Shown here piece after piece: positions 11,701 through 26,416 of a stretch of DNA of 64,000 nucleotides (position 1 is the first letter of the stretch; each line of letters begins with the position of its first letter). The notes under the pieces are model-generated. The model made no database searches. It saw only the letters and a program-made list of their open reading frames with translations, and was not told the origin of the DNA. This DNA comes from Octopus vulgaris (taxonomy: Eukaryota): positions 23,746,001 through 23,810,000 of the forward strand of contig OX597839.1 in the NCBI GenBank assembly GCA_951406725.2, written 5' to 3'. Position numbers and translations under genes: made by a program.

Positions 11701-12880
11701 TGTGGCTGCAGTGGCTGCTGCGTATACTAAGTCATTTAGCTCAGTGATATCACTTTTTGTTTCAGTGGCTATTAGTTCCGTGACGACTAGGTTTATGCTG
11801 TTTATAATTAGTGTTGTTGTTTTGTCTATTTTGATTTTTGGGAGGTATGGTCGGTGTTCCATTTTGAGCGCTGTGGTTTTCAGTTCTTTGATTATTCTAC
11901 TTTTGATAGTATCGTAATCATTAGGCTCCCCTTCGTTGTTTCTAGGTTTTAGATTTGTGTCGCTTTCTTTCTCATTCGTATGTTTGTTTGTCGTGTTTTG
12001 GCTTGCTGTTTGTCGTGTATTATTATGTATGTTTTTTGTTTACATCGTTTTTGTTGGAAATGTTACATTTGTCTTCGTGTTTTACTGTTTCAGTGTTTAT
12101 ATCATTTGGCATTGTTGTGTGGCTTCTATCTACATTTTCCTGATGTATTTTTTCTTTTAAATGTTCTATTTCTATTCCTGATATTTTTTTGCGTTGAGAA
12201 TATATCTTCGCACATTAGCTAGTTTATTAGGGTTCATTGCTGTATCCAGGTCTTTACTTATGTTATTTTGCTTCCATATTTTATATGTATATGTTGTGTT
12301 TTCGCTCTTTGGGTAGAGCACTGCTGTAAAGTAAGCATGTAGGATTGAAATGCATTCCTCACGTGTCCATTTATGCCTTTTTGGTTTTATTTGCAGGACA
12401 TGAGGGACAAAGTCCGGCCCATTATTTTGACGGTCGTCATTTTCGTAGGGTACCGATCCGTTCATTTCTGTTGTCACATTGTTTTGCATGTGTAGTTTTT
12501 CGTACATTTTATGTTGTAAGTTTACGGTACGTACTTCCCAATTGTTATTCTTGGGTTGAATAATACCGGTATTATTTAATTTATTCGTAGTTTTTTTGTA
12601 CATGGTGTTTGGGGCCGGAGATGATCTGGTGTTGATCGATCATAATGTATCACGCATGTTTACATGTGTTGTGTTAGAGGTGGAGATGATATCGAGTTAA
12701 AATACATAATTTCGTTTGGAAAATAGTAATAAATTTCAATGAGTATTACTTACTCGGATATAGTCCAATCCTTTGTCAGTTAATTTTTGGCTCAATGTGA
12801 TGTCTTTGTTTCCGATGTTTGTGGATTGATTTCGGAGCACTGTTTTATCGCTCTCACATGTTAAACGTCCCCGGTGTTCT
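8793..12880 (-). mobile_element. Near full-length R4/Dong-clade non-LTR retrotransposon
   Basis: Flanked on both sides by (TAA)n (8766-8792, 12881-12930); single ORF with RT and C-terminal restriction-like endonuclease; 3' UTR ending in an A-rich/TAA tail. Confidence 0.9.
8890..12603 (-). pseudogene. Disrupted R4/Dong ORF (RT + RLE)
   Basis: Motifs KWTREE, YRPITCLPTMYK, EEQKGC, WI(N)YKKAFDSIPH, RGIFQ*D, SHLLYMDDLKLY, YKYLGI, GGRGL, KPLHGKY, ETEGFLIAAQD, EKLSKYRDL, PIIIGALG, IQKIALLGTAHIL. Several frameshifts/stops; motif-A Asp appears as Asn. Confidence 0.9.
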
Positions 12881-12882
12881 AA

Positions 12883-12930
<48 letters not shown>

Positions 12931-12934
<4 letters not shown>

Positions 12935-13210
12935 TTGGCTTTTGCTTTGTATTTGTACAAGTTGGCTCCAAGTCTCACACAGAGACCTCAAGAGACAACA
13001 AGTTAGAGGTTCATGTTGGTGTTATGCCTAGGGTGTCATATATTTGGTTTTGTACAGAGTATTGTTCTAGAGAATGTCTGTCAAAACAAAAGTAAATTAG
13101 AGGTTTGTTTTAAAAGTAATTTGATTAGAAGATGATTGTCTGATGTTAAGATGACAGTAAAAGGTGATTGCCGTTATGTACATTTAAAAGTAATTTGACA
13201 CTGTTTACGG
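12931..13210 (-). mobile_element. Probable 3' UTR fragment of a third Dong-like element
   Basis: Bounded by (TAA)n on both sides; minus strand ends GAGGTCTCTGTGTGAGACTTGG...AAAAGCCAAATA(TAA)n, resembling Dong 3' UTRs. No coding motif seen. Confidence 0.45.
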
Positions 13211-14313
13211 ATTAATTATTATTATTCAACCCATGCTAGCATGGAAAACAGACGTTAAATGATGATGATGATGATGATGATGACAACAGAATAGACTGGT
13301 GGAAAAGAAAAATGTCCTTACATTGGGCTACAACAAGTAACATTAGTTGTCAAGAACCCCCTAAGTATCATAGCTGTCCCTAAAAACAATTTTCTGGAGC
13401 TGTACTAAACTGGGTTTTGTGCCTTATTATTAATATTATTATTATGATTAAGGTGGTGAGCTGGCAGAATCGTTAGTGGACTGGATGAAATGTTCAGCTG
13501 TATTTCACTCATCTCTACATTCTGAGTTCAAATTCCACCAAGGTCGACTTTGCCTTTCATCTTTTTGAGGTCAGTGTTATCAACACATCCCCACCTCCCC
13601 CAAGCTACCCTTGTGACAAAAATTTGAAATAATTATTATTATTATTATCATCAAAGGAAGACCCCCCACCACCTCCTTAAGTATAAGGATAATTTGAAGC
13701 AATCCCTAAAATCTCTATGGCTTAACCTGACATCTTTGGAAAGTCATTGCCGAGATTGATCTTTGTGTGTTATGATGCATCCAAACAATTTCTGTGGAAG
13801 AAAAGGAATTGAAGAATTATCATGGCACTCCATTGGTTACGACGACGAGGGTTCCTGTTGATCCGATCCATGGAACAGCCTGCTCGTGAAATTAATGTGC
13901 AAGTGGCTGAGCACTCCACAGACATATGTACCCTTAATGTAGTTCTCAGGGAGATTCAGCGTAAGGCTGGCCCTTCCTCATGGGGCTTTAGGTGTTTTCG
14001 CTCAATAAACACTCACAATGCCCAGTCTGGGAATCGAAACCACAATCCTATGACTGCGAGTCCACTGCCCTAACCACTGGGCCATTGCACTTCCACAGAA
14101 GAATTATAGCCCACAATCAAACGACACGTTTGCCCAAACCCAGGCAAAATCAAAATCATCAATGTCCCCAGTGTGACTTCACAGCAAAATCCATTCCTGG
14201 ACCCAAATTACATCCATCACATCCATCGCCGCAAATGGATGCAGCTTGCTTCCCTTTTTCTTTATCTTTTTCTTTCTGTTACTCTCTTTATTCTTAAAGT
14301 CCTCTCCCTCAAA

Positions 14314-14353
<40 letters not shown>

Positions 14354-14451
14354 ACACACACACACATATATATATACATATAAATATATACATATACACA
14401 CACACATACATGTATACATACAATTATATATATATATATAATAGATATACA

Positions 14452-14494
<43 letters not shown>

Positions 14495-14787
14495 CACGTG
14501 ATCACGTGACTGACCAGACCACCAGATGTTGTTACACATCACTGGTCACAATGCGTTCGCATTGTTTTAGCCTTCAAATGACGCCACCCCACTGGCTAAG
14601 TGAGCAGGCCAACAGAAAAAAGAGTGGTGAAAGAGTACAGCAGGGATCACCACCCCCTGCCAGAGCGTCGTGGAGCCTTTAGGTGTTTTCACTCAATAAA
14701 CACTCACAACGCCCGGTCTGGGAATTGAAACCGCGATCCTACGACCGTGAGTCCGCTGCCCTAACCACAGGGCCATTGCGCCTCCAC

Positions 14788-14788
<1 letters not shown>
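14495..14788 (-). mobile_element. tRNA-derived SINE, same head as 1461 but different tail
   Basis: About 150-bp head nearly identical to 1461-1630; its tail also occurs alone at 29692-29812(+). Confidence 0.8.
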
Positions 14789-14822
<34 letters not shown>

Positions 14823-15404
14823 CACACATATATATATTATATATACACACATATATATATTATATATACACGCATATATATATGTATGTATGCATGTATG
14901 CATATATGTATATATTTATGTCTGTGTTTGTGTCTGTGCTTGTCACCCCACCATCATTGCTTGACAACTGATGTTGGTGTGTTTGCATCCCTGTAACTTA
15001 GCTGTTCAGCAGAAGAAACTGATAGAATAAGCACCAGGCTTACAGGGAAGAAGTGCAGGCCACCATCAAATGCCTGAAACAAGTAAAAGAGTAAAAGAAT
15101 ACCAGAAGAACATTCCATACCAATAAACCAAGAGGATTCCCTGAATACGTACGATGTATTTTAAGGCTAAATAGTAATTTTGTTTATGTTTGCATAACTG
15201 AGATATTTTGGTTGGATTATACAGTTATCAGTTTTACACTTCTTTCTATTTTCTGTAACGGTCACAATAGGCATTATAGGCACAAGTCCTGAAATTTGGT
15301 GGAGGGGCAGTCGATTATATTGACCAGAATGCAACTGGCATTTAATCCCTTGGCACCAGTATTACCCGAAGCATGCGAGACACTCTCTCTTTTTACTCTT
15401 TTAC

Positions 15405-15798
15405 TCTTTTACTTGTTTCAGTCATTTGACTGCGGCCATGCTGGAGCACCGCCTTTAGTCGAGCAAATCGACCCCGGGACTTATTCTTTGTAAGCCCAGT
15501 ACTTATTCTATCGGTCTCTTTTGCCGAACCGCTAAGTGACGGGGACGTAAACACACCAGCATTGGTTGTCAGGCAATGCTAGGGGGACAAACACACACAC
15601 ACACAAACACACATATATACATATATATACGTATATATACGACAGGCTTCTTTCAGTTTCCGTCTACCAAATCCACTCGCAAGGCATTGGTCGGCCTGAG
15701 GCTATAGCAGAAGACACTTGCCCAAGATGCCACGCAGTGGGACTGAACCCAGAACCATATGGTTGGTTAGCAAGCTACTTACCACACAGCCACTCCTC
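15405..15798 (-). mobile_element. SINE family A copy
   Basis: Near-identical to other family A copies. Confidence 0.85.
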
Positions 15799-16602
15799 TG
15801 GGTTTTTTTTATCTAATGAGACCACACAAACACACAAGTGCCAACGAGCTAGCCTCTATTTACGTTCACCGTTACAATAACATAGCGTCGTACATTTACG
15901 TCAATCAGTTTATGAAAACAAACTATGCGAAGCTATCTATCATATGATATGCATGAGTTATTCAGCTCATGTTAAAAAAATAGCTTGCGTGTGGCACAAC
16001 TCAAAACACGGTATTATGCAAAAGGACACATCACAGTCCGGACAACGATATCTGGTTTCACACCTACAGTGGTGTGAGGTGCATACAATACATTTCCTTG
16101 CCGCATTCTGCTTTTTTTCCGTTGGCGGTATGAAGTGCGGGAAATGTCCTCGTCAGTTCAGAAGCCGGTTTGGAGTCAGTCAGGCGTGAAGACGTCCATG
16201 CGTTCAGTAGTTGAGCAGCTCGGAAACTTTGAGAATTTCATTTAACAAAGCCTCGTGAAAAGCGAGTCCAGTTGCTTCGCCACCCAGCATTCACCAGATC
16301 AGATGTGAGTTCACAAGTGCCATATCCACAATGTACAAAAATAATTTTTTGTACCATTTTCCGAATCTTCGTGCAGATTTGTACGTGGTAGCCAACGGAT
16401 CAGATCTATCCACCCGACTCATTGCGCTGTTGTAGTCCTGTACGACATCGGCTTTTATGATGGGGTCCCCTGCACGATTCCGTTTGTCAGTTTCAGACAT
16501 TGCAGCAGAGTGCATTGTACTCAGTATGGTCATGTACTTTCTGTCTCGCCAGACCAACGCCAGGAGACCACTGTCCGTCGAACAGTATTCTCTTTTCTCA
16601 AG

Positions 16603-16833
16603 GCGGCGAGCTGGCAGAAACGTTAGCACGCCGGGCGAAATGTGTAGCCGTATTTCGTCTGCCGTTACGTTCTGAGTTCAAATTCCGCCGAGGTCAACTT
16701 TGCCTTTCATCCTTTCGGGGTTGATTAAATAAGTACCATTTACGCACTGGGGTCGATATAATCGACTTAATCCATTTGTCTGTCCTTGTTTGTCCTCTCT
16801 GTGTTTAGCCCCTTGTGGGTAGTAAAGAAATAG
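16603..16833 (+). mobile_element. SINE family B inserted in piggyBac, 18-bp TSD
   Basis: GTATTCTCTTTTCTCAAG at 16585-16602 and 16834-16851. Confidence 0.9.
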
Positions 16834-17067
16834 GTATTCTCTTTTCTCAAGTTTTGACTTTCAAAGATCGAAGGCCATGTTCCTCCTGAAAGTGCGGACC
16901 ATCCCACAGCCTGCAGCTGCTGAAACAAGTCGGGCCTGGAAAACCAGTCATCCATATAAATGTTATACCCTTTGTCTAACAGTTCATCACTCAATGACAT
17001 GACGACATTAGTTGATGCTAGAATGTTCGCAACCCTGTCCTCGCCAATATATATTTTATAGTTCCAA

Positions 17068-17239
17068 AGGCGCAGGAGTGGCTGTGTGGTAAGTAGCTTG
17101 CTAACCAACCACATGGTTCCGGGTTCAGTCCCACTGCGTGGCATCTTGGGCAAGTGTCTTCTGCTATAGCCCCGGGCCGACCAATGCCTTGTGAGTGGAT
17201 TTAGTAGACGGAAACTGAAAGAAGCCTGTCGTATATATG

Positions 17240-17274
<35 letters not shown>

Positions 17275-17470
17275 TTGTCCCCCTAGCATTGCTTGACAAC
17301 CAATGCTGGTGTGTTTATGTCCCCGTCACTTAGCGGTTCGGCAAAAAGAGGCCGATAGAATAAGTACTGAGCTTACAAAGAATAAGTCCCGGGGTCGATT
17401 TGATCGACTAAAGGCGGTGCTCCAGCATGGCCGCAGTCAAATGACTGAAACAAGTAAAAGAAAGAGAAAA
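17068..17470 (+). mobile_element. SINE family A copy inside the piggyBac remnant
   Basis: Splits the transposase between GYT and WNYKIY. Confidence 0.85.
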
Positions 17471-18259
17471 GAGAGTATAGCCACACGCGACAACGGATGA
17501 CTGACAAACTTTATATACTTTCACTCCAAACTGCGCACATTTTGTATGGTTGTACTCTCTGAATTGCAACCACACCTTGAATTTCCAGAGACTTTCGTCT
17601 GTGAAAATATCTTGCGTAGGTATATTTATTTATTTTAAATTTTTTTTATTTTTATCTAGTTTCAGCTCACAAGCTGTGGCCATGCTGGGGCACTGCCATT
17701 TGGTGTTGCTACATGATTTTACTTCACGAATGCTTTTTAGCAATTGCCATCTGGTGCATGAGAGAGTTCGATGCAGCTGCCCTCATCTGCACCTCCTGCC
17801 GTGAAGTTGGTTCATCTGGGAACAGTATAAAAGAACATAAAGACGGACAAAATACTGCTAAGCATTTCGCCCTGCATGGTAATTCTGTCAGCTCGCCATC
17901 TTTAACTGTCACAATATAGAAACATTTCTCAAGGCACCAGCACACAATTTACAGGTGCTTTCATTTTCTGTGAATTTTTCACAGTTCCAGCTAGTTATTA
18001 CTATTATTATTGAGTGAGAGAGCAACGTGTGCCATCAAAGTGACACTGGGGTACAATTATACAAAGCCCAGTATACTTGTCTGATAAGGGTACACCAGGT
18101 ACATGTACCAAAACCATGTATGTGTGACATGGTGATCTCATATGAAGATCTTGCAGGTGGGGTCCTTGTGGTGAATTGATGACGGTGAACTTTCCCTGCC
18201 ATGAACTGATGGCGTCATCAATTCACGCAGGAAAAGTTCACCGTCATCAATTCATTGCA

Positions 18260-20035
18260 GCAGCAGTTGTAACAGTAGCAGCAGCAACTACAAAAGAATT
18301 AAAGCACAAAAATGCAAATATCGCCCCCCCCCCCACCACCACCACCACACTTCTTTTGCATCAGCATTGAAAAATATGAAGTGCTTCCACATAGATGAAG
18401 AAGAATTAAAATTTGCTAAAAAAATTGTAAAAGGAGATGGGAGAAGGGTCACTCTAAATCTTCCATTGGATGTGATAGTAAATATCACAAGATGCATGGT
18501 CACATACCGTTGCATCAGAGTCAAGTCTCGACAGGTGGAAGATGCTCCTGAGAGCGAAGTACAAAAATGCCTTGGGTTTGTGTGGGAACAAAAGACCCAC
18601 ATCACTGAAGGAAAGAAATTTGGAACCATTGAGGTGAGATTTGTGACGGAAGAAGAAGCTAGATGTAATTCTGAAACCACTTTAAAGAATGACAACTTTT
18701 TCTTAATCCCCAGCTATCACAACCAACATCTTGCCAAGATTAGGGTGCTGAATGTGCCACCAGAAATATCCATTACCTGGTTAGTGGTGGCTGTCTTGAT
18801 GGTTTAGAAGAAGAAGAAGTCACAATACTGGAGGTCAAGAAACTACCTAAACAAAACTGGTTAGGTATAGGTATGGAACTGACCTTGCAATGCAAGCAGG
18901 GCCATATAGAGCAGCTGCCCGATCTAATCTCTCAGATGGCACTCACTTGTCAGTGTTCATGCAGGGTAGGAGGCCAAGATGCCCTAAATGTGGATCTGTA
19001 AAACACTTAAAGGTTTCCTGCCCCAAAACAAAGAAAAATAAAGCCTCACCACAGCCAACATTACAAATACCACAAGTGCAAAATCGTAATCAAGTGTACA
19101 AGACTTCTACACCTTATTCCACATCCACTCCCAAACCAAGACAAAGAGGGAGTCTAGCCCCGGTTGCCACAGAAAAGCAAGTTTCTCCTGAGTGCTCTTT
19201 TCCCCAAACCAATATCAGCTTCAATGACATGGAGAAGGAAGGGCTGAGCGATCAATGAATCACAGTGACAAAAGGGGGTAGGCGAAAGAGGAGGAGAGTA
19301 CATGGCCCTACTCCAAGAAATCAACAAAAACTTTTTTCTGAAACGACAACTGTAACATAATTCACAACCACTCCGACAAAAACTGCAACAACAAGATCAA
19401 CAACATCATTGACAACAGCATGAAATTAAAGAAACAGCAAAACAACCGATTACAGAACTTGAAAAATATTCATCAGACGAAATGTCTCCATCAATTTCAC
19501 TGAACAAGTGTAAAAGTGAATTGATGAATTTTGTAACTGAAAATAAAAACAGTTTAGAGACAGAGGGAAAGGAATTTGAGGATTTCATCCTCAAAACCCC
19601 CAAGGACAGACTCTTAATTAAAACATTGTCAGACAGAAAAATTCCCAGGAAGTGTGGGGATTTTAAAAAGCCTATTGATAAAAGGCTGTCGGAAAGGTCT
19701 TTTAAAAAATTTTCGCCAGTAGAGAAGCCTGGAAGTTCTGGACTTCTCGAAAACCAACGTGAGTAACCTCCTCATTTTCTTTCTCCGACTAGCAAGACTG
19801 TGCTGAGAATGAGGTTTGTGAATGTGCATGGCCTGGGATCAGCCTGGGAGCAAGGTCACTTGCTCAATGATTTCAGGTCACTTGATTTGGATATGGCTGC
19901 CATTAATGAAACAAGGATCTCAGGAAAACACGCTCTAGCATCCATTTTCAAAGACTACAGAGTATTCTCATCTTTTAGTCTATCAGGAGCGGGTGGTGGT
20001 GTAGCATGCTACTCCAGAAATCCTTAGATCTCCAA
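18260..20035 (+). mobile_element. 5' half of a Tx1/L1-like LINE: ORF1 with zinc knuckle and start of the APE endonuclease, 3'-truncated
   Basis: ORF1 pieces 18367-19258 with CPKCGSVKHLKVSC (CX2CX4HX4C, 18980-19021); ORF2 start 19800-20027 NVHGL...INET...GGGVA, typical APE N-terminus. Confidence 0.8.
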
Positions 20036-20069
20036 GTACCTTTAGTAGAAAGGATTATTATTATTATTA

Positions 20070-20850
20070 ACTGAAAGAGCAGTGCATGCCATCAAAGTAA
20101 CATTAGGGTTAAATACACAAAGCCCAGTATACCCATCATGACTACCTATCTGATAAGGGTACAACAGGAACATGCATCACAACCATATGTGCGTGATATG
20201 GTGATCTCATATCAAGATAAACAGTGCATGACCTTGCAGGTGGGGCCTAGTTAGAATTTTCTTCTGGTCGAGTACCCCATCCCACTCAAAAGGTCCCTGA
20301 ATAAGGTTTGTTTAAGGATGTTGAATGAAACACCCATGTTTCCAGAGGTGAATTATTCAAACCCCAAAGAATCCCTCTCAACACATGGCTATGATGCTCC
20401 CCCACTACTTCTGCTCGTGATTAGAGATGCACATATCATCAGCCACTAAGGGACATGCTCAACTGGTTATGGTCAAACAACTGACAAGCAAATCTGTGGT
20501 GAGCTGGCAGAAACGTTAGCACACCGGGCGAAATGCTTAGCGGTATTTCGTCTGCATTACGTTGTGAGTTCAAATTCCGCCGAGGTCGACTTTGCCTTTC
20601 ATCCTTTCAGGGTCGATAAATTAAGTACCAGTTACGCACTGGGGTCGATGTAATCGACTTAATACCTATGTCTGTCCTTGTTTGTCCCCTCTGTGTTTAG
20701 CCCCTTGTGGGTAATAAAGAAATAGGTATTGAGCAGAATATTTGCTGTCGCCCATCTTTTATACCAAGACAAAACAATGTACATGATAACACTTCCAATC
20801 AGTTAAAATCAGAAGCCATGAGAGGCACTGCTAGGTTCTGCATTAGGTCA
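20070..20850 (-). mobile_element. (TAA)n-tailed interspersed repeat with a nested SINE B (20497-20728)
   Basis: First 180 bp recur at 18010-18165, also adjacent to (TTA)n. Confidence 0.55.
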
Positions 20851-21069
20851 TTCATCATCCTCATTATCATCACTATCACCATCATCACCATCACCATCAT
20901 CATCATCATTTTAAGGCAGCAAGCTGGCAGAATCAGTATTTTGTCAGTCTTTACATGCTGCCTGCGTCAGTTGTTGACTGCCATGACACTGCATCCTTTA
21001 AGGCCCTCATGCTTTCCGAAATCCGCCGAAACTACACCTGATTATATATACACTTTAGCACTGTACACA

Positions 21070-21107
<38 letters not shown>

Positions 21108-21267
21108 GAGTTCAAATTCTACCAAAGTCAACTTTGCCTTTCATCCTTTTGGGGTCAATAAATTAAGTACCAGTTGAACATTGGCGTTGATTTAATCAAC
21201 TGGCCCCCCTCCCCCAAAACTTCAGGCCTTACGCCTATAGTAGAAAGGATTATTATTATTATTACTA

Positions 21268-21298
<31 letters not shown>

Positions 21299-21934
21299 TA
21301 TTACTATTACTATTATTATTATTATTTTCAATTTTTTTTTCAACACTTTTCCATCACCGCCAGCTGCACTTCCATCTTTCAGTGATGTTGATGCCATAGC
21401 CTTTCGGCAGTGTTGTTGTTGTTGTTATTGTGGTGGTGGTGGTTGTTTAGCCCTGAGCCAAACCCAATAGAACAGACCAGTAATGAAAGGCATTCTAACC
21501 ATGACTATCACATAGTTTTAGTATTCTGCAGAACTGCATCACTTGATCTATTTTACACCTATATAAGACTTATAGGTTTTATTGAGGATATTTGACTGCT
21601 ATTTCTAGCAGATTGAACAACTAATGCAATGACTCTTTCCATTGGCTTGAACTCCTTATCGCCTCGTCTGTTGTGTAGAATACCGTTTGTGTTTAATTCT
21701 TTCACTTGTTTCAGCCATTAGACTGTGGCCATACTGGGGCACCACCTCAAAAAATTTTTAGTTGAATGAATCAATCCTAGCACATTGTTTTTTCAGCCTG
21801 GTACTTACTCTATCAACTCCTTTTGCCAAACTGCTAAGTGACAGGGACAGAAACACACCAACACTGGTTGTCAAATGGTGGTTGTGGACAGGCACTGATA
21901 CAAAGACACATAGGCATATGTATATATATGTGTA

Positions 21935-21984
<50 letters not shown>

Positions 21985-22108
21985 TCAGTGAAAAACCAGA
22001 CCATGTTGTAACTTTATTCAGCTGATATATTATTCTATACACATTTATACAAATTTGGGAGAAAAGAATGTGTGTGTGTGGAGAGAGAGAAAAAGAGAGA
22101 GAGAGACT

Positions 22109-22850
<742 letters not shown>

Positions 22851-22940
22851 GATCATCTAAACATTTTAGAAAGCTACATTTAATCTAGCATTCATTTTTA
22901 CATATGCACAATAAAATATATTTTATAAAGTCTTGTCAGC

Positions 22941-22991
<51 letters not shown>

Positions 22992-23535
22992 AATACAGAC
23001 ACACAGAACAAAAGTCACTCTTCCAATTCCACAGAACTCACAGACGAGTTAAAAATACCAACCAAATCTCCCTCATATCACATCCTACCATCTTAAAAAA
23101 GCAAGGACACTTTTAGACAATGTAATCCTAGATACACTATGTCAGGTCAAAACAAATTTTAAAATAAAAGATATGACTGTCACACCTGGAATACCTTTAA
23201 TCACAGGTGAGCCCTGGGAGGACTAACCTGACCTAGGGTTAAACAGCATCACTCACACACACACACACACACACATACACACACACCCTCACAAACACAC
23301 TTCTACTCAACAGTGAAACGCCTACTCTAGTATATGGACACCTCCCACTTATACTCTTAGACAAGATGTATGCCTCTCCCAGATCAGGTTAGCTCCGCCT
23401 CATTATTTATCTGGCTAACATTTGTGCATGTGTTGTGGAGGAGGGTGCACAGTCGTTTCTTTATACACATTATACATTTATATATACACATTATACATTT
23501 ATATATACACATACAAATAAGTAAATATAAATAAC

Positions 23536-23567
<32 letters not shown>

Positions 23568-23622
23568 CTGTATCGATATTAATACCCATCTATCTATCTA
23601 TCTATATCTATACATATATATG

Positions 23623-23679
<57 letters not shown>

Positions 23680-23773
23680 AATATAATAATTATAATGAGC
23701 TTATTGTATACAGCACTCAGGTGCTCTTCAACTATATATATACACACACACTTAAACATATATATGTACATAA

Positions 23774-23804
<31 letters not shown>

Positions 23805-24086
23805 GACTTACATAAGCATCCAAGTGTATGTGCCCATGTATATGTGTGTATGTATGTGTATACATATATATGTGTGTACGTACGTTATGTAAGTAAGTAT
23901 GTATGTATGTATGTTTAAACATGATATATATACATATATATATAATGCTTGATAATGTATCTAGTTATACATGTGTGTGTATGACATAGCTTTCATTTAT
24001 GACTATGTGTGTGTCTGTGTGGGTGTACAGTTGGTTGTGCACCCACACACACACACACACATACCTCTGTGTAGTAAAGTGTGTGT

Positions 24087-24191
<105 letters not shown>

Positions 24192-24253
24192 CATATATAT
24201 ATTTATAGACACATATATATATATAGATAGATAGCAATATATACATATATATC

Positions 24254-24304
<51 letters not shown>

Positions 24305-24614
24305 TCTACACACAGATACATACTCGTATATATCTATATATATATATACATGTATATACATAAACATGTATATATATATATATATATACATATATATACA
24401 TAAACATGTATATATATGTATATATATATATATACATATACAGTGTATATCTGTATGAGTATATATATATATATACATGTATGTATACATATATAAATAT
24501 ATATATATATACATGTATATATATACATACATATATATATATATATAATAATTATTATTATTTGAGGGAATAAAATCCAAACTTACAAGGAAAAGGTGGG
24601 TTATTTCAAATATT

Positions 24615-24645
<31 letters not shown>

Positions 24646-24648
24646 CAC

Positions 24649-24720
<72 letters not shown>

Positions 24721-25026
24721 ATATGTATATAGATAGATAGACAGAAACCTGTCTATCTCTGCTTCTGTGTGTGTGTGTGTATGTGATGAATTACATGTGT
24801 TTAATGTTGTATGCACACACAACTATATCAGAGGATTGTTGCTATCAATGCTCTGACGATGTTGCTGTTGTTGTTACTGTTTATTTTTTTCACGCATGTG
24901 TAGGTGTGCACACTGTGCACACTCGGTATGAGTTTCTCTGTGTGCACTCGCAGCAAAATGCACGCAAACACTCACACATGCACATAATGTATAGACAAGC
25001 AAATATGTCCACACGTTCATATAATC

Positions 25027-25082
<56 letters not shown>

Positions 25083-25256
25083 CTTATATGCACATGCACA
25101 CATTGACATCTATATATATACATACACATACATATATTTTATATATATATATATATACACTAACATGCATACACATATATTCATATACATACATAAATAT
25201 ATATATACATACATCTATACACACATGCACATTTACATGTGTGTTTGTGTGTGTGT

Positions 25257-25289
<33 letters not shown>

Positions 25290-26416
25290 ACAAATATATA
25301 TACTCAAATATATGTGCATGTACACACACACACACGTGTGTGTTTTATATACTTAATTGTATTAATTAAAGTTTATATGAACAAATGAGGGAGCTGCCAC
25401 ATGGTTGATGAAACTGCTAGAAACAATAGCCAACTGTCTCTCAAGTCACATTCTAGTGTCTTAGAAAAATCACATTGGGTCATGTGTACCTGAATTCCTT
25501 CCACAAAGAAACAAGAGGTGGGGCAGTCATGGCTGGAAGGCTTTTCTTTAGAAAGTCTGAGTGAATGAGGGGTGGGGTACTTCAGGCTAATAAACAAGGA
25601 GCAATAGATCATTGTATAGTGATTTTGTTTGGTAGTAGGGTAGTAGTGGTGGGGTGTTGATGGTGATGATGGTGGTGGTGGTGGTGGTGGTGGTGGTGGT
25701 GGTGGTGGTGGTGGTGGTGGTGGTGGTGGTGGTGGTGTTGGTGGTGGTGGTGGTGGTTGCAGAGATAGTTATGATAATGGTGGTGATGCTGGTGATAGTG
25801 GTGGTGGTATAGGTATATATGTGTATATGTTCATGTGAGTGTATGTGTATGTATGTGTGTTTGGGTGTTCATGTGTGTGCATTGGGGGGGGGGGTACCTG
25901 TTACTTAGTTAAGATTCTCGTTACCCTGCCACCTTCCTGACGACATCCTGCCTCCCCACCACACCACTACCACCACCACCACTACCACACAAACACAGCC
26001 ACCACCTAGTCCCCCACCCCCACCCCACCCCATCCTCACACACATGCACTTGTCATCTACCTGGGTAGATGCTTTCACTTTCCCCATCCTCGCTTTAGTG
26101 TTGTCATCACTCCAATCACATCAGATCATGACCACCACCACCACCACCACCACAACAACAACAACCACCAGCACCAACACTATCACCACCACCACCACCA
26201 CCACCACCATTGGCACTACCAATCAATGAAAGATCATCTCCTCTTCCTCCGCTTCTGCCTGCATCAACTTCCTCCGCCCACTCCCTCTTGCATCTGCTCC
26301 TCCCCCTTTCTCTCGCACGCACGTACAAACAAATGATAAAAGTTTGTGACTTGCTCTTGTTGTTGTTCTTCTTCTTGTTCTCATTATTGTTGTTGTAGTT
26401 GTTGTTGTACGTTTCA

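Larger units (their letters stand above)
15950..17620 (-). pseudogene. piggyBac (PGBD4-like) transposase remnant interrupted by two SINEs
   Basis: Motifs DESLWKFK..FREY..FGVKVYKVC, GYNIYMDDWFS, YNSAMSRVDRSD, KWYKKLF..DMALVNS, and C-terminal Cys-rich RKCIVC..ETRYRCPDC..CIIPCF. Confidence 0.88.
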
